Shown here: piece by piece, positions 49,785-59,556 of the stretch
Layout of the letters: every line of letters starts with the position of its first letter
Numbering within the stretch: the first letter of the stretch is position 1
Source of the DNA: Candidatus Poribacteria bacterium
GTDB taxonomy: Bacteria; Poribacteria; WGA-4E; WGA-3G
Direction of reading: 5' to 3'
DNA length: 64,000 nucleotides
Assembly (NCBI GenBank): GCA_965205025.1
Contig: CBDBFU010000011.1
Coordinates: 64,001-128,000, forward strand
The notes under the pieces: model-generated
Told to the model about the DNA's origin: nothing
Database searches by the model: none
Seen by the model: the letters and a program-made list of their open reading frames with translations, nothing else
Translations under genes and position numbers: made by a program

Positions 49785-50084
49785 ACTATATCGTTCAATA
49801 ATTATAAACTAAATACAACAAATTACTTGGAAGTTACGAATTTAGAACTTTTTGGGACATACCGAATTATAGGAAAATATTTGATGAAATGTCATAACAC
49901 TCATAATCAGAAAGAAATAACAAATACTTCTATGAATACGTCTCTTTTTGCGGAAAATAGAAGTCCTAAACAGAATGGAAACAAAAGCACAAAATCACAC
50001 TTTTTAGATTTTTTTATAATTTCATTTAAAATTGCTGTAAAGTCAGTATACAAAAGGGTTCATAGCCCATATTTGCACCAATTT

Positions 50085-50123
50085 CAATGTCACACCATGT
50101 GACAAAAAGTGTAACTTTTTTCA
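50085..50123. repeat. conserved 39-bp element, copy 2
   Basis: Reverse complement matches 8352-8390 at 38/39 positions. Confidence 0.9.
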
Positions 50124-50365
50124 TTTTTCCGAGGCATAGACTAATGCACCAACAACTCGATCTACTGTCTGAGTATTTAGGATTAAATGACTGTTTTTAG
50201 ACCTTATTTTTTGTCTGTATATTTGGAATTAACAATTCTAATTCAGGGAAAACTGAGTATCTAATGATAAGTCTATTTTTTGAAGTTTTGTATATCAAAA
50301 ATACCGTACTCCAGCGGAGTGCTATGTGCCGATACACTTCGTATGAAAAACATATTAGTACTTAA

Positions 50366-50488
50366 TACACACTTAAGTTATAGTGTGATTAACGTATGTG
50401 ATTCACGGAGAACGGGTCTACTTTAAATTATAAACCCTTATAGAATAAGGCTTCGTAAAATTGCTCCGTGAAGGTTTCCGTGAAAGTG
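50366..50488. repeat. ~122-bp dispersed element, copy 2
   Basis: Direct homologue of 20538-20659. Confidence 0.9.
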
Positions 50489-50648
50489 TAAAAAATTCAA
50501 GACGACAAATATTAACAGTTTTTTACAATACACAGTATCCATAGATCTAACATAACTGGGGTTGAGATGAATACTAAAGATGATATTGGAGATAAATATT
50601 GGTATCCAAGTATGATAGCAGCGTAATGTATAGTGATAATAACTTAAC

Positions 50649-50783
50649 ATACCCAATTTCAGGAAATCCATTGCAAGTATTTATCCTGTTTGCTAAAATA
50701 AACCGATATGCTATCGGTGTATCGTCCTAATCTGTAATTATCCCTTTTTGGTGTTGGATATTCGTCATTGATTATTGCGATAC
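50649..50783 (+). promoter_or_regulatory. promoter/leader of the cytochrome c gene (copy 2)
   Basis: TTGCAA-17 bp-TAAAAT with extended TG; hairpin CCGATA-TGC-TATCGG. Confidence 0.7.
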
Positions 50784-50819
50784 AATATTGAATAGCTTCA
50801 GATAAAGGGAGAACAATAC

Positions 50820-51383
50820 ATGAATCGGACAATATATATAATTGGATTAACGGTGATAGTTATTGCTGTTGTCATAGGAGTATCTATTAAATCCGTTGAT
50901 AGTCAGAATGATATGGTAGAACGGGGTAAATACCTTGTTGATGCAGTGGCAGCCTGTGGTTTCTGTCATACACCTCGTGCTGGTGCAGAATATAACGCAG
51001 ATATGTACCTTGCAGGACATGCAGAAGGGGATCTCTATTCACGTTACGATCGGAGTTTGATGCAAAGAGGTATATTTCTTGCATCACCCCCAACTCTGTC
51101 AGCATTTTCAGGTCCTTTTGGAACAAGTTTCGCGACAAATTTAACACCTGATAAAGAAACAGGACTGGGGGAATGGACTGAAGAGATGTTCATTAACGCA
51201 ATGCGGACAGGACATCATCAAGGAAATGTAAATAATCGGAAGATATTCCCACCAATGCCGTGGAAACATTATGCACAAATGAATGATTCTGATCTCAAAG
51301 CTATTTGGGCTTATTTGAAAACAATTAAACCTGTAAAAAATGAAGTTAATCCTATACTAAATCCAATGGGTAGACCATATTAA
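50820..51383 (+). CDS. c-type cytochrome
   Basis: N-terminal anchor, VERGKYLV, CGFCHTPR, NLTPDKETGLG, PPMPW, DLKAIWAYL. Confidence 0.9.
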   Translation: MNRTIYIIGLTVIVIAVVIGVSIKSVDSQNDMVERGKYLVDAVAACGFCHTPRAGAEYNADMYLAGHAEGDLYSRYDRSLMQRGIFLASPPTLSAFSGPFGTSFATNLTPDKETGLGEWTEEMFINAMRTGHHQGNVNNRKIFPPMPWKHYAQMNDSDLKAIWAYLKTIKPVKNEVNPILNPMGRPY

Positions 51384-51431
51384 AAATACCTATGTTATAG
51401 GATGTATCTTAGATAATATTGGAGATAATAT

Positions 51432-52496
51432 ATGGCATCGAAACAGAAAAAAGTCCGGGTAGCAGTGGTAGGAATGGGAATTGGTAGACCGAATGGTGCT
51501 GCACTATCAAGAAATCCAAGAGGTGAAGTGGTTGCACTTTGTGATCTGGAAGAAGAACGAATGAAAGCATTCGCTAAGGATTTACCGAGTAAAGTTGAAT
51601 TCTATACTGATTACAAAAAGATGTGCAAAGCAGATGACATTGATGCTGTCTTTGTTGGAACACCAAATCAATGGCATGCACCCATCGCTATGGAAGCAAT
51701 TAACAATGGAAAGCATGTGATGGTTACCAAACCGTTAGCAGATTCTGAAGAAGCTGCTGCTGAATTAGTTGATGTAGCAGAAGCATCAGATGTGGTTAAT
51801 ATGATGTCTCTTTCCACACGATTCGGTCGCCAATGTCAATACCTTGGTAAACTATATCGTGATGACTATTTTGGTGAGATATATTATGCCAGAGCAAGAA
51901 GCGTCCGTAGAAGTGGTATACCTGATTGGAATCTCGGATTTATTCAGAAAGGTGGAGGTGCATTCCGAGATATGGGGGTACATGTTCTTGATTCTGTTTG
52001 GTGGATTATGGGGATGCCAAAACCCGTCTCTGTTCTTGGGGCTGCAGGTGCAAAATTCGGTCCGAAAGGTCTCGGATATTGGAAGGGAGTAAAAGCAAAG
52101 AAAGAACTCTATGAAAAATACGATTCCGATGATTATGCTGGTGGCTTCATTACCTTTGAGAATGGTATAGGTTTACAAGTTGAAAGTTTCTGGGCATCAC
52201 ATCAACCTGGAGAATTTCAGATCGAACTGTTTGGAACTGAAGCTGGAGCAACAATGGATCCACTTAAAGCCTACCGTACTGATAAAAACGGAGAATTTGA
52301 AGATATTGATCTTAAACCACCAAAAAGCAAATACGAACAGACATGGGATGCAATCGCAGACCATTTTATTGAGTGTATTTTGGATGATGTGGAATGCCAA
52401 GCCCCCCTTCGTCATGGATTAATTGTCCAAAAAATGATGGAAGGTCTACTTAGAAGTGGTGAAACTGGACGTGAGGAACTTATTGAGGTTGAATAA
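51432..52496 (+). CDS. Gfo/Idh/MocA oxidoreductase
   Basis: VAVVGMG, TPNQWH, GKHVMVTKP, GGGAFRDMGVH. Confidence 0.9.
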   Translation: MASKQKKVRVAVVGMGIGRPNGAALSRNPRGEVVALCDLEEERMKAFAKDLPSKVEFYTDYKKMCKADDIDAVFVGTPNQWHAPIAMEAINNGKHVMVTKPLADSEEAAAELVDVAEASDVVNMMSLSTRFGRQCQYLGKLYRDDYFGEIYYARARSVRRSGIPDWNLGFIQKGGGAFRDMGVHVLDSVWWIMGMPKPVSVLGAAGAKFGPKGLGYWKGVKAKKELYEKYDSDDYAGGFITFENGIGLQVESFWASHQPGEFQIELFGTEAGATMDPLKAYRTDKNGEFEDIDLKPPKSKYEQTWDAIADHFIECILDDVECQAPLRHGLIVQKMMEGLLRSGETGREELIEVE

Positions 52497-53197
52497 TGAG
52501 CATTGACAAATCAACATTACAAAGTGACTTTGAAAATACCGGATTCGCAATTGTACCTAATCTGTTTTCACGTGATGAAGCACAACGACTAAAGCAGGAA
52601 TGTATTGATATTCTAAAGGCTGTAAAGGAAGAAACAGGGCATGAGGCAGGTAATGGGGTATTAGTAGGATTAGCTGCGCGGAGTCCAGTATTTCAAGAAG
52701 CTGTAGGTGATGGACGTTTACTCGATGTATTAGAGAAGATACTTGCACCGAATATCGAATTTCTAAGTGATAAAGTCGTATTTAAAAGTGAAACCATGAC
52801 ATTTGCAAGTCCATGGCATCAAGATTGGCACTATTGGCATGGGGCACACAAATTCTCTATTTGGGTAGCTCTCGATGATGCTACTGTGGACAATGGTTGT
52901 CTAAAACTCTTCCCAGGCTCACATAAATCCGCAATTGTACATGATGGTGATGCAAGTGATGGATACGGTTTCGGAAATAGACTTCGACCAGATGCCGTGG
53001 ATGAAAACCTTGCTGTAACCGCAGAAATAGAAGCAGGGGGTGCTGTCTTCTTTCATGACCTTACACTCCACTCAAGTCATCCGAACATCTCTGGTGAAGA
53101 ACGATGGGTATGGATACCAACCTATCGTGATGCTAAAGCAGAGGATAACGATTATCCATGGGCTGTTGCAGCGAAAGTAGTACGCGGGAATAACTAA
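52496..53197 (+). CDS. PhyH-family Fe/2OG dioxygenase
   Basis: PWHQD, WVALDDAT..NGCL...PGSH, LHSS.PN.S...R. Confidence 0.9.
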   Translation: MSIDKSTLQSDFENTGFAIVPNLFSRDEAQRLKQECIDILKAVKEETGHEAGNGVLVGLAARSPVFQEAVGDGRLLDVLEKILAPNIEFLSDKVVFKSETMTFASPWHQDWHYWHGAHKFSIWVALDDATVDNGCLKLFPGSHKSAIVHDGDASDGYGFGNRLRPDAVDENLAVTAEIEAGGAVFFHDLTLHSSHPNISGEERWVWIPTYRDAKAEDNDYPWAVAAKVVRGNN

Positions 53198-53368
53198 TAC
53201 TATTTCTGAACATAAAAGTCTCTTTTATGTAGCATAAACTTTCAGCTTGTGCAGTATTTCAAGTTATACATAACAACTATTCATGGGATAAACATTTTTA
53301 AAAAAGGTATAACATACCAACTACAAATTACGATCACACAAGTAAAAAACTGAATTACAGGAGAGAAT

Positions 53369-54223
53369 ATGTTTAAAAATCTAAGTACTGGTGCAATTGG
53401 AATAAGTGCAAACATGCAAGAAGGTTTAGAACTGGCAAAGAATGCAGGTTTTGAAGGATTGGACATCAATATCGGTGAAGCACATCAACTGGCAGAAGAA
53501 CACTCCGTACAACACGTTAAAGACTTATGGTCAGATGCTGGAATTAAGATGGGTGGTTGGGGTTTTGGTGTCAATTGGCGCGGTTCTGATTCGGATTATT
53601 ATGCAGGCTTAGGTCAACTCCCTCAACGCGCCGAATTCGCTGCTGAACTCGGTTGTTACCGTACAAATTGTGTTGTTGGTCCATCATCCAACGATATGAC
53701 TTTTCAGGAAAACTGGGATTTTACTGTCAAACGTCTACGTTCAATTGCTGAAATACTCAAGGATTATGGACATTCATTAGGTCTGGAATTCATTGGACCT
53801 GCTACAAGTCGGAAGGGGGCAAAACATCTCTTTGCCTATTCAATGGATGCAATGTTAGGATTAGCTGCAGCCATCGGTACAGGAAATGTTGGTTTATTAT
53901 TTGATACATGGCATTGGTACACTTGTCACTCAACTTTAGATGATGTACGAAAACTATCTGCATCGGATGTTGTTTATGTCCATATCAACGATGCTCCTGA
54001 TGGTATTGAAACCAACGAACAGATTGACAACATTCGTTGTTTACCGGCTGAGACAGGTGTAATTCCACTCACAGAACTGATGCAGATTCTTGCTGAAATC
54101 GGATATGATGGTCCAGTAACTCCTGAACCGTTTAGTAAGAAAATCGGGGAGATGGAACCAGCTGACGCAGCAAAAGCAACTGCTGAATCCTTAGATCAGG
54201 TATGGGAAAACGCTGGCTTATAA
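53369..54223 (+). CDS. sugar phosphate isomerase/epimerase (TIM barrel, AP endonuclease 2 family)
   Basis: LGLEF, FDTWH, VHIND, GYDGPVTPE. Confidence 0.88.
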   Translation: MFKNLSTGAIGISANMQEGLELAKNAGFEGLDINIGEAHQLAEEHSVQHVKDLWSDAGIKMGGWGFGVNWRGSDSDYYAGLGQLPQRAEFAAELGCYRTNCVVGPSSNDMTFQENWDFTVKRLRSIAEILKDYGHSLGLEFIGPATSRKGAKHLFAYSMDAMLGLAAAIGTGNVGLLFDTWHWYTCHSTLDDVRKLSASDVVYVHINDAPDGIETNEQIDNIRCLPAETGVIPLTELMQILAEIGYDGPVTPEPFSKKIGEMEPADAAKATAESLDQVWENAGL

Positions 54224-54255
54224 GCTACAACTGAATTACATAAGAAGGACACAAT

Positions 54256-55062
54256 GTGAACTTAATTGATAAAGATATCATTCTTGCCATTACACAAAAA
54301 TGGGAAGGGGATCGGTTTCCAGATGGACGTCCACGCGTTCCTGATGACATTCTACAAAGAATGAAAGCTATTACTATTGAGCAAGCGTGGGGAGTTCTTA
54401 ATGGAAACGGTTATAAATACCAATTCGCTGGTGAGTGGATGAACCTACATCCAGACAGAATTCTGGTTGGTAGGGCTGTAACCTGTGCATTTGTACCTAT
54501 CCGTCCTGATTTCAATGACGCTATTTCGCAACAAGGTGAAAAAGAAGGACGCGTTGGGGGACAAAATTCTTGGGTGATTGACACACTTGTAGAGGATGAT
54601 GTCATTGTTGTAGATTTATTCGGTAAAGTCAAAGAAGGCACTTTTGCAGGGGATAACCTTGGGAACTCTATCTTTGCAAAAACCGGAACAGGAATGGTTA
54701 TTGACGGTGGTATTAGAGATTTAGATGGAATTTATGAACTACCAGATTTTTCAACTTTTGTTCGAGGTGTAGATCCAACTGGTATAGCGGATGTCACACT
54801 TACCGGCATCAACATACCTATTCGTATTGATGAAGTAACAGTATTACCCGGTGATGTTGTATTAGGCAGACGTGGTGGCGTGATTTTCATACCTCCCCAA
54901 TATGCACAACAGGTTGTAGAACAAGGTGAAGAGGTTAACCTACGCGACCGTTTTGGACATCAACGATTACGAGAAGGAATCTATACACCCGGTGAAATTG
55001 ATAGAAAATGGAGTGAAGAAATTGAAAAGGATTTTGAAAAATGGCGGTCCACTCAAGAATAA
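54256..55062 (+). CDS. RraA/HMG-aldolase family protein
   Basis: VGRAVT, GDNL, VIDGGIRD, VLPGDVVLG..GGVIFIP. Confidence 0.85.
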   Translation: MNLIDKDIILAITQKWEGDRFPDGRPRVPDDILQRMKAITIEQAWGVLNGNGYKYQFAGEWMNLHPDRILVGRAVTCAFVPIRPDFNDAISQQGEKEGRVGGQNSWVIDTLVEDDVIVVDLFGKVKEGTFAGDNLGNSIFAKTGTGMVIDGGIRDLDGIYELPDFSTFVRGVDPTGIADVTLTGINIPIRIDEVTVLPGDVVLGRRGGVIFIPPQYAQQVVEQGEEVNLRDRFGHQRLREGIYTPGEIDRKWSEEIEKDFEKWRSTQE

Positions 55063-55107
55063 TACTAACTACTACCTCACATCCATATTTGAAAGGTAAT
55101 CTCTCAA

Positions 55108-55818
55108 TTGCGTGAATATTCTAAAATAATTGATCGGTTAAATGAACTCGACCTACCTAAAAATATAATCGGTACAGTTCATAACTACCCTATCTTTAAA
55201 CTGTACCTACAATCATCAACCAAAACACAGAAACATGTGCTAATTACAAGTGGGTTACACGGTGATGAACCTGGTGGAATTGAAGCATCATTACAGTTCC
55301 TATCAAGAGATAACTCTAATCTTCTAAAGACATTTAACTTTATTGTTATACCATGTATCAATCCTTACGGTTATGTTCATAATACCCGTGAAAATAAAGA
55401 TGGTATTGATATTAATCGTATGTTTGAGAGTGATGAGATTAGAGAAGTAATGATTATTAAAGAAGCTTTGGATGAAACACAGTTTTCGTTTACAATTGAT
55501 TTTCACGAAGATTATGATGCAACGGGTTTTTATCTATATGAAGGTAAAGATGATGGGAAATTGATTGGACCTGAAATCGCACAACAAGCTACCTCCATCG
55601 GTCCAATTGATACGGATGATTCTGGTGAAGATACTACAAGTATAGTTAAAGGCGTGTATAATGTTTCTCCGAAATGGGGAGCAAAAGGTTTAGCACCATA
55701 CCTATTAAAATACCATACTAAACATGTTCTCATCACAGAGACGCCAACTGTATGGTCTATTGAACAACGTACTTCACTTCATTTAGGTTTATTAGATGCT
55801 GCATTGACATACTATTAA
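55108..55818 (+). CDS. M14-family zinc carboxypeptidase / succinylglutamate desuccinylase-like
   Basis: GLHGDEP, NPYG, RENKDGIDINR, IDFHED, ETP. Confidence 0.85.
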   Translation: MREYSKIIDRLNELDLPKNIIGTVHNYPIFKLYLQSSTKTQKHVLITSGLHGDEPGGIEASLQFLSRDNSNLLKTFNFIVIPCINPYGYVHNTRENKDGIDINRMFESDEIREVMIIKEALDETQFSFTIDFHEDYDATGFYLYEGKDDGKLIGPEIAQQATSIGPIDTDDSGEDTTSIVKGVYNVSPKWGAKGLAPYLLKYHTKHVLITETPTVWSIEQRTSLHLGLLDAALTYY

Positions 55819-55829
55819 GAGGAATATCT

Positions 55830-57089
55830 ATGGAGACACAACCAAATCTATCGAATGTAAATACCGCTTCTTGTCCATCAGAATTGAAGATAACTGATAT
55901 GCGTATAGTACGTACAAAAGTTGGTGGACCAATCCTAAAGTTAGACACAAATCAAGGAATCCATGGTCTTGGGGAAGTACGGGATGGTGCCAGTCCAACT
56001 TATGCATTAATGCTGAAAAGTCGGATTATAGGAGAAAACCCGTGTAATGTTGATAAGATATTCAGACAAATAAAGCAGTTTGGACACCATGCCCGCCAAG
56101 GAGGTGGTGTATGCGGAATTGAAATGGCATTGATGGACTTGGCTGGTAAAGCTTACGGTGTACCTTGTTATCAACTTGCTGGTGGCAAATTCAGGGATAA
56201 GATACGGTGTTATAGTGATACTCCATCTTTGAAAGACGCAGAAGCAATGGGGAACATTCTTCAGGAACGGATTGACAGAGGATTTACTTTTCTTAAGATG
56301 GATATAGGTGTTGGCTTACTACGTGGATTAGATGGCACACTTTCTGCCCCAGATGGTAATTTAGATACAAATTCACTGATGCACCCTTTTACAGGTATTC
56401 GTCTAACAGAGAAAGGTATCAGTATCCTGTGTGAGTATGTTGAAACAGTCCGAAACATAATAGGTTATGAAATTCCATTAGCAGTAGACCATTTTGGACA
56501 TATAGGTATTGAGGATTGTATTCGACTTGCAAAAGCATTAGAAAAATACAATTTAGCGTGGTTAGAAGACATGGTACCTTGGCAATTTACAGACCAGTAT
56601 GTTAGACTATCGAATTCCTGTGCAACACCAATCTGTACAGGTGAGGATATCTACTGTAAAGAGGATTTTATGCCATTATTTGAAAGTCGGGGAATTGCAG
56701 TATGCCATCCTGATATTGCAACCTCAGGTGGCATTTTAGAAACAAAGAAGATAGGGGATCTTGCAGAAGATCACGGAATTGCAATGGCACTACATATGGC
56801 TGGTACACCTGTATGTGCAATGGCAAGTGTTCATTGTGCTGCAGCGACTTCAAATTTTATGGTTTTAGAGAACCACTCTGTGGATAATCCGTGGTGGGAT
56901 GAGATGGTAACAGGATTGCCAAATCCAATTATACAGGATGGTTATATCACAGTCCCAGATACACCTGGATTAGGTATTCAGTTGAATGAAGAGATAATCA
57001 AAGAACATCTACATCCAGATGAAACTGGATATTTTGTACCTACAACACAATGGGATAACGAACGTTCACATGATCGATTGTGGAGTTAG
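55830..57089 (+). CDS. mandelate racemase/muconate lactonizing enzyme family protein
   Basis: GLGEVRD, EMALMDLAGKA, KMD, VDH, WLED, CTGED, PGLG. Confidence 0.9.
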   Translation: METQPNLSNVNTASCPSELKITDMRIVRTKVGGPILKLDTNQGIHGLGEVRDGASPTYALMLKSRIIGENPCNVDKIFRQIKQFGHHARQGGGVCGIEMALMDLAGKAYGVPCYQLAGGKFRDKIRCYSDTPSLKDAEAMGNILQERIDRGFTFLKMDIGVGLLRGLDGTLSAPDGNLDTNSLMHPFTGIRLTEKGISILCEYVETVRNIIGYEIPLAVDHFGHIGIEDCIRLAKALEKYNLAWLEDMVPWQFTDQYVRLSNSCATPICTGEDIYCKEDFMPLFESRGIAVCHPDIATSGGILETKKIGDLAEDHGIAMALHMAGTPVCAMASVHCAAATSNFMVLENHSVDNPWWDEMVTGLPNPIIQDGYITVPDTPGLGIQLNEEIIKEHLHPDETGYFVPTTQWDNERSHDRLWS

Positions 57090-57100
57090 CGGTTGGTAAA

Positions 57101-57580
57101 TTATAGTAATTCCGATAGTTTTGATCCACACCTTGCTATTTTGATATCTGATGAATCACCTCTAAGTACCACTCTGGAGTAAGATTTTCTCAATTGTCTA
57201 ATCTCAGAATTGGAAATACCATTGTGGAGAAGTAAAGGAATGCATATAACATCTACATTCATGGGGATATAGCCTTTAGCGAAATCAACACCACCTTTTA
57301 ATTGTTTAACTGCTTTATTAGCTTCTGCATTTCCTCCCTTGAGTTCCATTGGTACTACTACAAACTTATTTGACTGGTCAAAGTAAAAGAGTACACACTC
57401 ACATTGATTTTCACTATCACGTCCATCTGGATATACAGAATCAAGATCAACAATTACTCGATCATCCTCTGAAACATTAGTTAGGTTAACTCTACATTTA
57501 CCTTTTTTAAATATGTTCCCTTTAAATAAGTGCTCTTTACCGATTTTATTCCGTATACTCTGTAGTATCTTACTCTTCAC
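57101..57580 (-). CDS. small putative PD-(D/E)xK-like nuclease, partner of the ATPase
   Basis: QCECVLFY...PMELKGG....AVKQL; overlaps the upstream ATPase stop by 4 nt. Confidence 0.6.
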   Translation of the reverse strand: MKSKILQSIRNKIGKEHLFKGNIFKKGKCRVNLTNVSEDDRVIVDLDSVYPDGRDSENQCECVLFYFDQSNKFVVVPMELKGGNAEANKAVKQLKGGVDFAKGYIPMNVDVICIPLLLHNGISNSEIRQLRKSYSRVVLRGDSSDIKIARCGSKLSELL

Positions 57581-59055
57581 TCGTGCTTATCTCCTGTCTT
57601 TTCCATGAGTAAGGTTCGTAGATCTACAGATTGATTGTATAACCCCTCCGCAACTTCCCCATAATCCATCGGTTCAAAACCGTTAATTGGATCAAAAATT
57701 ATTTCCTCAACTGGTTTGTCAGAATGAAACCACCATGTACCAACCTCATCTGCTGTAAGCCAAGATTCTGACTCGGTTTGATTCTCTCCTCTTTTCTTCA
57801 TTTCACCAATGCGAACTAAGTTACTAATCTGTTCAAGGAACCACTCACTATGTGTTGTAATAATCACACGGACTCCTGCTCTTACTAATTTAGCTAATGT
57901 AATTGCTACTTGTGTCTGAGCACCAGGATGTAAATGGGATTCTGGTTCTTCAATTATGAGGGTATCTCCCCGTTTAACAATTCCACGTAAAAACAAGACC
58001 AATGGAGTAAGTTCTGATACCATAGATGAGGATTGATTCATTTGAAAATTCTTATTTGTTTTATTTGGGTGATAAAGGAATTCTGGGTATGCTGACGGAG
58101 CTGTTCGGTTAACTTGTATCTTCCCTCCCAGTACCTCTTCCTCTAATTTATCTGCGATTTGTCGTATTTTATTGTCACTTCTACTTCGTTTATTTTGCTC
58201 TTTATAATGTATGATAAACTTAAGAAAATCTACAATCATACCTGAAAATGTAGATATTTCAGGAAAAAGTTCTATTCCTATACGAGATGAACGTTCTACA
58301 AGTGAACTGGCAATTACACCATGACTCTGCATAATTCCACTTCGTGCAGCAGGTAGGTAGTATGATTTTCTTCTCTGTTTAAAGAAAGAAGAATGTAGAT
58401 ATTCATTCAGCTCCTCAAGACCAAGTGTCTTTTGTAACTTCTTCTTACCACTAGACAATATTACTAAATCCGGATTTATGATTCCTTCTACTACGGGTTT
58501 CTTAGTACCAGAACAATTCAGACTAAAATTCCAAAGATTCTTTTTTCCATCATCAACTTTTATAGAAACAGATAGTCGACTTGACTTATTGCCTGTATTA
58601 CGTCTCAAGTTAGAGATTGACTCGTGGTCAAAACATCTCTTAAGCTCTTCTATCAAAAAAGATGAATCCTTAAAATCTGAGATAAGATCGGTATATATTC
58701 TCTGTGGTAGATCAGAAAAAGTGAAGGGTTGATCAATATTATTCAGTTTTTCAAGAGTATTACGTATATCTTCCTTTTCTGATTCAGTTTCTGCTTCGTT
58801 AATCCTATAGAAGTAGTTTTGAATGAGAAAATAGTGTAATTGATAATGAGTAGATATAGACCAAGGAAATTGTGGAAAACCATCAAATGCACGATGCATG
58901 GCATAAATGAGTGCTGAAAGATAGGTCTTCCCTGAATTACTTTCTCCAACAAACACAGTTAATGGACGGAGATCAATTTCAGCACTTTTTATAGGTCCAA
59001 AGTTTTGAGCTGAAACTTGAATTTTCTGATTTCTTGAACTTCTAATATTTCTCAT
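57577..59055 (-). CDS. ABC-type AAA ATPase (AAA_15/AAA_21-like)
   Basis: NFGPI, GESNSGKT (Walker A), LPAARSG, SSSM signature, IIEEPESHLHP (Walker B/D-loop), ITTHS. Confidence 0.88.
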   Translation of the reverse strand: MRNIRSSRNQKIQVSAQNFGPIKSAEIDLRPLTVFVGESNSGKTYLSALIYAMHRAFDGFPQFPWSISTHYQLHYFLIQNYFYRINEAETESEKEDIRNTLEKLNNIDQPFTFSDLPQRIYTDLISDFKDSSFLIEELKRCFDHESISNLRRNTGNKSSRLSVSIKVDDGKKNLWNFSLNCSGTKKPVVEGIINPDLVILSSGKKKLQKTLGLEELNEYLHSSFFKQRRKSYYLPAARSGIMQSHGVIASSLVERSSRIGIELFPEISTFSGMIVDFLKFIIHYKEQNKRSRSDNKIRQIADKLEEEVLGGKIQVNRTAPSAYPEFLYHPNKTNKNFQMNQSSSMVSELTPLVLFLRGIVKRGDTLIIEEPESHLHPGAQTQVAITLAKLVRAGVRVIITTHSEWFLEQISNLVRIGEMKKRGENQTESESWLTADEVGTWWFHSDKPVEEIIFDPINGFEPMDYGEVAEGLYNQSVDLRTLLMEKTGDKHE

Positions 59056-59074
59056 TTATATATTATATAATATT

Positions 59075-59285
59075 ATAACCCAAATTGCTATCTTGTAGTA
59101 TAAACTCATCGCACACACTTTGATAATCCATCCACGTGGTGGGATCGGTCGTTTTGCCTTCTGTCCACTAATCTGATAAAGGATCTTAGTCGGTTTACCT
59201 TCACGAGTGATTTCACACCAGAGAACCCACTGATCTAATTTTTGAGTTCTTTAGGGGCAGCCGTATATGGGTCAGTATAATTCAT
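59075..59285 (-). pseudogene. N-terminal remnant of a phage/plasmid primase-polymerase
   Basis: MNYTDPYTAAPKELKN / DQWVLWCEITREGKPTKILYQISGQKAK / TDPTTWMDYQ across two frameshifts; resembles the P.EL...QWV.W....GK.TK.PY.....A...DP.TW pattern. Confidence 0.65.
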
Positions 59286-59349
59286 ACCTAACTATTTTTA
59301 CTTTACAAAATCCTTCCAAATATAGTATCCTGATTAAATCATGAAAACT

Positions 59350-59442
59350 TGGTAGAGATTCTTACCCGTGTCGCAAGGCGCGGTCTCTACCATCAACAGT
59401 CTGAAGACCGGAAGTTCGTGATCGTGGTGGTTCGTGACTTCC
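59350..59442 (+). ncRNA. candidate structured RNA (two hairpins)
   Basis: UGGUAGAGA/UCUCUACCA stem enclosing CCGUGUC-GCAA-GGCGCGG (GNRA loop, G-U pairs); second stem GGAAGU/ACUUCC. Confidence 0.45.
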
Positions 59443-59556
59443 AAAGTTAACATAACCTACAAACGCATAAATTAATATACCTAAACCAATTAAACTCTTT
59501 ACTGAGTTCGTGATATGTGGGGATAATACCCCTCACGCCAAAAAGGGAGAATACCC

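Noticed and set aside
49764-50102. 112-aa ORF across the conserved non-coding element
   Set aside because: Asn/Lys/Thr-rich composition typical of AT-rich shadow ORFs, no RBS, its start lies inside the predicted promoter, and no equivalent ORF is listed for the homologous 8350-8650 region.
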